In this document: in pieces, positions 57,284 through 64,000 of the stretch | Numbering within the stretch: the stretch's first letter is position 1 | Layout of the letters: each line of letters opens with the position of its first letter | NCBI GenBank assembly: GCA_963677435.1 | Contig: OY781945.1 | Coordinates: 1,280,001-1,344,000 of the forward strand | Direction of reading: 5' to 3' | Length of the DNA stretch: 64,000 bases | Source of the DNA: an uncultured Aliarcobacter sp. | Lineage (GTDB): Bacteria > Campylobacterota > Campylobacteria > Campylobacterales > Arcobacteraceae | Notes under the pieces: model-generated | What the model was told of the DNA's origin: nothing | Database searches by the model: none | Seen by the model: only the letters and a program-made list of their open reading frames with translations | Program-made: the position numbers and the translations under genes

Positions 57284-58927
57284 ATGAAAAAATTAATATT
57301 AATAATCTTTTTAAGTATCTTTTCTTTTTCAAATGAAATAGACTTAAGCCATTCAAAATGGGAGTACAAATGGGGAGATTCACCATTTGAAAATAATATT
57401 CCTTTATGGACTTTAAAAGATGATAACTCTTTATCTTGGAAAGAGATAAAATACCCCTCTAATCCTCCTAATAGAAATAATCAAACAAATATTTGGTTTA
57501 GGGTTAAGTTGCCTGATACTCTGCCAAATGATCCTTATTTGTATATTGTAAGTACAGATTTAATTAATCAAGTTTATTATGAAAGTAAAGAAATTTATCA
57601 TTTTGGAGAGTTTGATAAAAATGGAAAAGGTGAATTTAAAGGTTGGCCTTTCCATTTTATTTCATTAGCAAATGATAGTTCAGGAAAATACTTATATTTT
57701 AGAATTTATTCTAATTATTCTGATATTGGATTTTGGGGTGAGATTTTAATATCTTCAAAAGTTGATATATTTGAAAAACTATTTAAAAATGATCTACCAA
57801 ATATTATGGTTGGTTCAATCTCTATATTTGTGTCAATACTGTTTTTATTAACTTTTTTAGCTAAGATTAAAAGAGTAGAATTATTGATTTTAGGTTTATT
57901 ATTTTTAACCCAAGGTCTTAATGTTTTTTTCTCATCTAAAATAATTGAAATTTATTTTTATTTTCCACTTTTAAAACAATATATACTAGCAATTGCTTAT
58001 TTCTTTTTCCCTTTAGGAATGGCACTATTTATGGATAAATCAATAGATTATAAAGTACCTTTTAATTTAATAAAAAGAGTTTGGCAGTTTCATTTAATAT
58101 ATCTATTAGGAGCAATTTTTGGTTCTTTATTAGGTTTTTATAATCTTCCTTCTACATATGAATATTTTGATGTTTTTTATAACTTTATAACTCTACCTAT
58201 TTTAACAGTATTTATGATTTATTTTTTTATTATAGGTGATAAACAAATAAAAATCATTACTTTTAGTTTTTTTATAATTTCAATTTATTGGCTTTATTCT
58301 ACTTTAATAGCAGCTGGACTTGTACCGTGGGAAGAGTATCCAAGTGATATTGCAGTTTTTATTTGTTTATTACTTTTATCTCATTCTATGGTTATTAAAT
58401 TAACTTATACAAAAGAGTTAGAAGAAGAAAAGGAGGTCTTAACAATACTTTCTTCTACTGATTATCTAACAAAATTGAATAATAGAAAAGAAATAGATTC
58501 ATTATTGAAATTAAATGAAGAAATATATATAAGTTCAAAAGATAATTTTTCATTAATTTTATTAGATATAGATGATTTTAAAATGGTTAATGATACATAT
58601 GGACACCTAGTGGGTGATGATGTTCTTATTAATATTTCAAATATTTTACTAAAATTCACGAGAAAAACAGATAGTGTTGGAAGATGGGGAGGTGAAGAAT
58701 TTATTATTATTTGCCCTAATACAAATATAGAAGATGCATCAAAATTAGCGGAAAAGTTAAGGGATAAAATTTCTAAATATCAATTTGAAAAAGTAGGTCA
58801 TAAAACAGCAAGTTTTGGAGTAGTTTCTTATAGAGAAGATGATTCTTTGAATGAACTTCTTGCAAGAGTTGATGATGCAATGTATCTTGCGAAGTCCAAA
58901 GGTAAAAATAGAGTTGAGAAGATGTAG
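57284..58927 (+). CDS. Diguanylate cyclase with periplasmic beta domain and 7TM region
   Basis: Signal peptide, about 7 TM, DYLTKL.NR, DIDDFK.VND.YGH and RKTD..GRWGGEEF. Confidence 0.92.
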   Translation: MKKLILIIFLSIFSFSNEIDLSHSKWEYKWGDSPFENNIPLWTLKDDNSLSWKEIKYPSNPPNRNNQTNIWFRVKLPDTLPNDPYLYIVSTDLINQVYYESKEIYHFGEFDKNGKGEFKGWPFHFISLANDSSGKYLYFRIYSNYSDIGFWGEILISSKVDIFEKLFKNDLPNIMVGSISIFVSILFLLTFLAKIKRVELLILGLLFLTQGLNVFFSSKIIEIYFYFPLLKQYILAIAYFFFPLGMALFMDKSIDYKVPFNLIKRVWQFHLIYLLGAIFGSLLGFYNLPSTYEYFDVFYNFITLPILTVFMIYFFIIGDKQIKIITFSFFIISIYWLYSTLIAAGLVPWEEYPSDIAVFICLLLLSHSMVIKLTYTKELEEEKEVLTILSSTDYLTKLNNRKEIDSLLKLNEEIYISSKDNFSLILLDIDDFKMVNDTYGHLVGDDVLINISNILLKFTRKTDSVGRWGGEEFIIICPNTNIEDASKLAEKLRDKISKYQFEKVGHKTASFGVVSYREDDSLNELLARVDDAMYLAKSKGKNRVEKM

Positions 58928-58940
58928 TTAAAAAAATAAA

Positions 58941-59606
58941 TTATTTTTGATAAACTGCAAAAAAATGAGGAACACTAGGAACTTGCTCATCATCATAAGC
59001 TAAAAAACTAATCAGTGTTAGTTTATCAATAGTAACAAATTCATCCATTTCAGATTTAGAAAGTGGAAAAGGAATTTCATCCTCTTTTTCACCTTCATTT
59101 CTACTTCTGCAAGAGACTAAGATATAACCATCTTTTGCAAGGAGTGAACTCATAGCAACTCTTGCTTTTTTTCTATAACCATTTGGTAAAACTTGGATAG
59201 TATTACACTCATAAATCACATCAAATTTTTCAAACCACTCTTTTGGATAATCAAATAAATCAGCAACCACATAGTTAACATTTGTATCTTTATATCTATC
59301 TTTGCATAATTCAATAGCACTAGGAGATATATCAAAAGCAGTAACATCAAAACCAAACTCACTCAAAGCCTGAGCATCATCTCCAACTCCACAACCAATA
59401 ACACAAGCAGTTTTATTTGTTTTTTTAACATGATTTTCTTTTAACCAATCTACTAAATAAGGACTTGGTTCTAAATCAGCCCAAAAAACTTTTGTAAAAT
59501 CACCTTGCGCATTTTTATAAATAGAGTCAAACCAACCCGTTGGGTCATTGTTTTCTTGATGAGTTTTTACCATCTTTACATATTTTTCTAAGTTGAAATT
59601 TTCCAT
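58941..59606 (-). CDS. Class I SAM-dependent methyltransferase (TPMT-like)
   Basis: VIGCGVGDDA and VTAFDIS..AI. Confidence 0.88.
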   Translation of the reverse strand: MENFNLEKYVKMVKTHQENNDPTGWFDSIYKNAQGDFTKVFWADLEPSPYLVDWLKENHVKKTNKTACVIGCGVGDDAQALSEFGFDVTAFDISPSAIELCKDRYKDTNVNYVVADLFDYPKEWFEKFDVIYECNTIQVLPNGYRKKARVAMSSLLAKDGYILVSCRSRNEGEKEDEIPFPLSKSEMDEFVTIDKLTLISFLAYDDEQVPSVPHFFAVYQK

Positions 59607-59651
59607 AACTTGCCTTTGCCTTTTTTTATAATATAAACTTTAAATACAAAA

Positions 59652-62123
59652 CTATTCCCCAAACAAAACATTCTCTTTTTGATGAATCATTTTTGAAGTG
59701 AAAAAACTAACAATCAAAATAGTTAATATTGGAATAAAGAAAAAATACACCAATAAAACATCAGGTCTAAAATCCCAATAAGATTCAAAAAGTTGCGCAC
59801 TTATAAAATAAGAGCCTACACTTCCTAAGATGATTCCTAAAGAACTAGCACTAAAAGATATTAAACCAAATTCGATTAAAAATGAGTTTCTAATAGTATG
59901 ATTTTTTACTCCAATCATTTTTAATCTTAAAATATTGTTTTTTTGCAAATTCATTTGATATTGAATAATAATAAAACTCATCAAAAGTCCAATAATAATT
60001 GAGTACAAACTCATTTTATCTGTTATATTTGTTACTGTTTTTACAAGTTGAGAAAAAGTTTCAAATAGATTTTTTACATCAATAATACTTAATGATGGAA
60101 ATAAATCTGATAATTTTATCAACATTTGAGATGCTTCATAATCTCCTGAAGAAATAGTAGCTAAGATAGTTTTAGGAGCATCATTTATCGCTCCATCTTG
60201 TAAAATAAAAAAGAAATTTGGTGTAAATTCAGTCCATTTAACACTTCTGATATTTACCACAACTGTTTGTAACTCTAAACCTAAAACATCAAATACAATC
60301 CTATCACCTAATTTTATTCCTGTTCGGTTGGCATATCTTTTTTCAACACTTAACTCTATTGGTTTAGAAAAATCTTTTGAGTCATAAACTCCACTAAATT
60401 CTCTTCCTTCTATAATCTCTTCACTCTCTTTCATATTAGTTCTATATGAAAGATTAACAGCTGAGCTTCTAGTCCCATTTTTTTCTGTTTGGAGTTTTGA
60501 ATTCTCATTTATTTTTATTATTCGCCCTCTTATCATTGGTGAAATATTTTCTAGTTTTGCACCCATATTATTAACTTGGGTTTGTATATCTTTTATTTGT
60601 TCTTCTTTTGCATCAATTACAAAAAAACGAGGTTTTTCATCAACACTTAGCGTTAAAGCATTTGATAGGGATGAACCAACTTGTGGAATAAGACTAAAAA
60701 ATGTTGTACATAAAAGTATTGCTGTAAACAAAGTTAATGATGTTTTATTTTGTCTTGTAATATTTTTAATAGCCAAAGATAAAGATAGACTTTGTAAATG
60801 ACCTGAAAAATCAAGTTTTTTTAATATTATTGAACCAATAGAAAATAGCAATATCATCAGTATCAATATAGCAATTGCAAAAAATAAACCTACATTTTTT
60901 GCAGGAGTTACAAAGTGTGATAAAACCAATAATAAAGTAAGAAAAGGTATAAATCCTAAAATTGTCTTAGAAAAACTTCTTTTTTGTCTTTGAAGTAAAG
61001 GTAAAATCAAAGGAAGCCCAATACTTAAACTCAATAACAAAAGTACAAATGCTGATTTTAAAAAGAAGTAATAATCAAGTGAAAAATCAAATTCAAAATC
61101 TAAAAGTTTTTGAACAATTGGCCCTATAAATTGAGCTGATATGCTTATTAGTGAAAAAACTACAATACTTGAAGCCATAATCAGTACAAACAAATGTAAA
61201 AGATAAGTAAGAGCTAAATTTTTCTTACTAAGTCCAAGGTCACTTAGAACAATAATATCTTTTTGATGTTTTCTTAAAAAACCTGAATACAAATATATAA
61301 GTCCAACTAAACCTAAAAAGAAGGAAATAAGAGAAACTAAAGATAAAAAATTTGTAATAAAATTTAAAATATTTAAAAGTCTATCTTTCCCATCATTTGG
61401 AGAAAGGACTCTTAGGTTTCTATCAATAATTTTTTCTAAGCTATTTTCGATTTCTTCTAATTTATCATTTGTGAAGTTTTCTTTGAATAAATAGTTTAAT
61501 TTATAATTAGCAGTCGAGCCAAATTGTAAAAGTTCCGTATTTTTTAAACCCTCTTCACTTATGTAAATTTTAGGCATAAAACCACTAAAACTAACAGCCT
61601 TTAATGAGTCATCTTTTATGACTTTTTTTATCTCAAAATACTCTTTTCCAATTTTTAGTTTTTCACCAGTTTTTAAACTAAGTAAATCTAAAACCTCTTG
61701 GTAAACCCAAATTTCATTTGCTTTAGGTAAAGTAGAATTTCTTGGATAAGTTGAATCATCTTCGAAAATCAATCCCCCATAAAAAGGATAATCTTCATTT
61801 ATTTTAACAACTTCCATAAGTCTTGCTCTTTGTTTGGAAGCTATCATACTAACTGTTGAAATTCCTTGGTTAAAGCTTTTTATTTCTGGAAGTTTATTTT
61901 TAATATCTTCTATTTGTTCAGGCGTTATTGGAAATCTTGAGTTTACAACTAAATCAGCACCCAATAAACTTTTTGCTTTATTTTCAAGTGAACTATCCAT
62001 ACTTCCTTTGAAAAATTGTAAATAAGATAGTGAAGCAATAGCTAGTGAAAAATTTAATATAAATATGAAAGAAAAAGATTTAGAGCGCAATAGTGCTTTT
62101 AAAACAAGTTCTAAAACTAACAT
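59652..62123 (-). CDS. ABC transporter permease (YbbP-like, FtsX-type)
   Basis: LLGADL, YPFYG, P.FF.ID and R.V.W....PNFF; two FtsX-like blocks. Confidence 0.9.
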   Translation of the reverse strand: MLVLELVLKALLRSKSFSFIFILNFSLAIASLSYLQFFKGSMDSSLENKAKSLLGADLVVNSRFPITPEQIEDIKNKLPEIKSFNQGISTVSMIASKQRARLMEVVKINEDYPFYGGLIFEDDSTYPRNSTLPKANEIWVYQEVLDLLSLKTGEKLKIGKEYFEIKKVIKDDSLKAVSFSGFMPKIYISEEGLKNTELLQFGSTANYKLNYLFKENFTNDKLEEIENSLEKIIDRNLRVLSPNDGKDRLLNILNFITNFLSLVSLISFFLGLVGLIYLYSGFLRKHQKDIIVLSDLGLSKKNLALTYLLHLFVLIMASSIVVFSLISISAQFIGPIVQKLLDFEFDFSLDYYFFLKSAFVLLLLSLSIGLPLILPLLQRQKRSFSKTILGFIPFLTLLLVLSHFVTPAKNVGLFFAIAILILMILLFSIGSIILKKLDFSGHLQSLSLSLAIKNITRQNKTSLTLFTAILLCTTFFSLIPQVGSSLSNALTLSVDEKPRFFVIDAKEEQIKDIQTQVNNMGAKLENISPMIRGRIIKINENSKLQTEKNGTRSSAVNLSYRTNMKESEEIIEGREFSGVYDSKDFSKPIELSVEKRYANRTGIKLGDRIVFDVLGLELQTVVVNIRSVKWTEFTPNFFFILQDGAINDAPKTILATISSGDYEASQMLIKLSDLFPSLSIIDVKNLFETFSQLVKTVTNITDKMSLYSIIIGLLMSFIIIQYQMNLQKNNILRLKMIGVKNHTIRNSFLIEFGLISFSASSLGIILGSVGSYFISAQLFESYWDFRPDVLLVYFFFIPILTILIVSFFTSKMIHQKENVLFGE

Positions 62124-62779
62124 AGATTTAAATTTCCCAAAACTAATTCATAAGTTTTTTCACAACGATTTGCAACATCTTTTGAGTGAGTTACTAAAAT
62201 CAATGTGGTGTTGTTTTTTTCGATAAGCTCAAAAAGTTTATCCATAACTGCAATTCCTGTTTCTTCATCCAAATTTCCACTTGGTTCGTCTGCTAAAATT
62301 ATTTTAGGATTATGTATAAGCGCTCTTGCAATTGCAACTCTTTGTTTTTCTCCACCACTTAGTTGTGAAGGAAGATGCTCTAATCTATGTTCTAATCCAA
62401 CACTTTTTAAAAGCTCAATAGCTTTTTCTTTGGGATTTAAAATACCACAAACTTTTGCAGGAAGCATTACATTTTCTAAGGCATTTAAATAAGAAACCAA
62501 GTGAAAATTTTGAAAAACAAAACCTATATTTGTAGCTCTAAAATCATTTAATTCACTCTCTTTTAAATCTTTGTAAAAAACATTATCTAAAGAAATATCT
62601 CCCTTGTCTGGTTTTATAATTCCAGAGATAAGTGAAAGAAGTGTTGATTTACCACTTCCAGATTTTCCCATTATTGCCACTCTTTGTCCACTTTCTACAC
62701 GAAAATTTAGATTTTCAAATATTTCGATACTTTGTGAGCCTTGAATATAAGCTTTTTTAAGTGATTTTAACTCTAACAT
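62117..62779 (-). CDS. ABC transporter ATP-binding protein (YbbA-like)
   Basis: GKSGSGKST, LSGGEKQRVA and ADEPSGNLD. Confidence 0.95.
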   Translation of the reverse strand: MLELKSLKKAYIQGSQSIEIFENLNFRVESGQRVAIMGKSGSGKSTLLSLISGIIKPDKGDISLDNVFYKDLKESELNDFRATNIGFVFQNFHLVSYLNALENVMLPAKVCGILNPKEKAIELLKSVGLEHRLEHLPSQLSGGEKQRVAIARALIHNPKIILADEPSGNLDEETGIAVMDKLFELIEKNNTTLILVTHSKDVANRCEKTYELVLGNLNLC

Positions 62780-63381
62780 TACAGCTCTTCCTTTATAAAT
62801 GTAAATACATTTTTTGCGATTATTTTATGGCCTTCAACATTTGGATGAATTCCATCTATTTGATTTAAGTTTTGTACACCTGCTACTTCATCCAATAAAA
62901 AAGGCATACTTTTTAAACTATATTTATTTTTTATCTCTTCATACATTTCTTTAAAACGCTTTGAATATTCTTCTCCATAATTAGGAGGTATTAACATTCC
63001 TGCGAGTAAAACTTTTGCATTAGATTTTTGTGCATATTGTATAATTTCTTCTAAGTTTTCTTTACTTTTGTTAAGGTCTAAACCTCTTAATCCATCATTT
63101 GCTCCAAGAGCTATAAAAACAATATATGGATTCTTTTTTAAATACCATTTAAGTCTAGAAAGTGCATCACTTGTAGTTGAACCACTAACCCCTCCATTGA
63201 TAATAGTAATATCTTTTTTAAGTTCAGTTTGAATCATTGTTTCAACGAGTTTTGGAAAAGCATCTTCTTTATTAACACCTAAACCTTCTGTTATAGAATC
63301 CCCTAAAAATAAAATAGTATCAGCCTTTGCATTAGCAAATATTAGATTTAGTGCAAATATAATTAGTATGATTTTTTTCAT
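62779..63381 (-). CDS. Arylesterase / SGNH hydrolase (TesA-like)
   Basis: Signal peptide; FLGDSIT, GVSG.TT, LGANDGLRG and DGIHPN. Confidence 0.93.
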   Translation of the reverse strand: MKKIILIIFALNLIFANAKADTILFLGDSITEGLGVNKEDAFPKLVETMIQTELKKDITIINGGVSGSTTSDALSRLKWYLKKNPYIVFIALGANDGLRGLDLNKSKENLEEIIQYAQKSNAKVLLAGMLIPPNYGEEYSKRFKEMYEEIKNKYSLKSMPFLLDEVAGVQNLNQIDGIHPNVEGHKIIAKNVFTFIKEEL

Positions 63382-63491
63382 AGATAGCCTTATTAATATT
63401 TAAAATATTTTAATATCTATTTTAGCTTGTTTTTGTAGGTAGTTTGTGTAGAGAATTTGTTAATTAATAAGAAAAGATATAAGAAAAATTC

Positions 63492-64000
63492 TTATATCTC
63501 TATTTCCAAGGCAATAGGGCAGTGGTCGCTTCCCATAATTTCACTCATAATATAAGCATTTTTGATATTATCTTTTAAATCTTCACTTACATAGAAGTAG
63601 TCGATTCTCCAGCCAACATTATTTTCTCTTGCATTTGCTCTGTAACTCCACCAGCTATAAAGCTCAGTTTTATCACCAACCACATGTCGTAAAGTATCAA
63701 CATATCCAAAAGATAGGAATTTATCTATCCATTGTCTTTCCATTGGTAAAAATCCTGAAGTTTGTTCATTTGCTTTTGGTCGTGCAAGGTCGATTTCTTT
63801 GTGTGCTGTATTTACATCCCCACAAACAATGATTGATTTCCCTTGTTTTTTTAAGTTTTCACAATGTTCTAAAAATCTATCGTAAAACTCCATTTTATAA
63901 ACAAGTCTTTCTTCTTTACTTTGACCATTTGGAAAATATACATTAAAAAATGCTATATCTTTATCTCCAAGTGTAAAATGAACTTCGTTTATTCTTCCTT
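63492..64000 (-). CDS. xth: Exodeoxyribonuclease III, 3' part; truncated by window end
   Basis: Frame is open to the window edge (GR...NVYFPNG); GDVNTAH, YSWWSYR, GWRIDY and SDHCP. Confidence 0.95.
   Translation of the reverse strand, partial: GRINEVHFTLGDKDIAFFNVYFPNGQSKEERLVYKMEFYDRFLEHCENLKKQGKSIIVCGDVNTAHKEIDLARPKANEQTSGFLPMERQWIDKFLSFGYVDTLRHVVGDKTELYSWWSYRANARENNVGWRIDYFYVSEDLKDNIKNAYIMSEIMGSDHCPIALEIEI

Noticed and set aside
1..64000. CRISPR array, rRNA, IS transposase, poly-G phase-variation tracts
   Set aside because: None seen on reading; A/T runs are expected at this base composition

Overview
AT-rich chromosomal segment. Gene content and style (Cache-domain two-component systems, many GGDEF/EAL proteins, MCP architecture) suggest a Campylobacterota genome, most likely Arcobacteraceae (inference). 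Main blocks: (1) 1-12170, a catabolic island with an ADP-forming acyl-CoA ligase tail, AraC, an RdpA/TauD-like Fe(II)/2OG dioxygenase, two tandem class II aldolase/adducin paralogues, a TRAP SBP, a hotdog thioesterase, a DMT, a PcaR-like IclR, an AKR, an MFS and an MCP, tied together by four copies of the palindrome CGWAC-N4-GTTCR. (2) htpG with a CIRCE box, followed by a structured MITE-like repeat. (3) A 5-oxoproline locus (TCS, TRAP, pxpABC) with paired ACTCAC direct repeats. (4) Housekeeping and c-di-GMP genes, including three with apparent ATT/ATC/ATA starts and one frameshifted dedA. (5) A 6.1 kb element integrated at tRNA-Leu(TAA), carrying an SSB-like gene, a rolling-circle Rep, xis, a tyrosine integrase, origin-like hairpins and two unknown cargo genes, but no capsid or conjugation genes. 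(6) A tRNA cluster (Gln, Tyr, Phe, Leu), hybrid kinases, a MarR-regulated RND pump, tesA-ybbA-ybbP and partial xth. No CRISPR array or rRNA was seen. All product calls come from motif recognition, not database searches.
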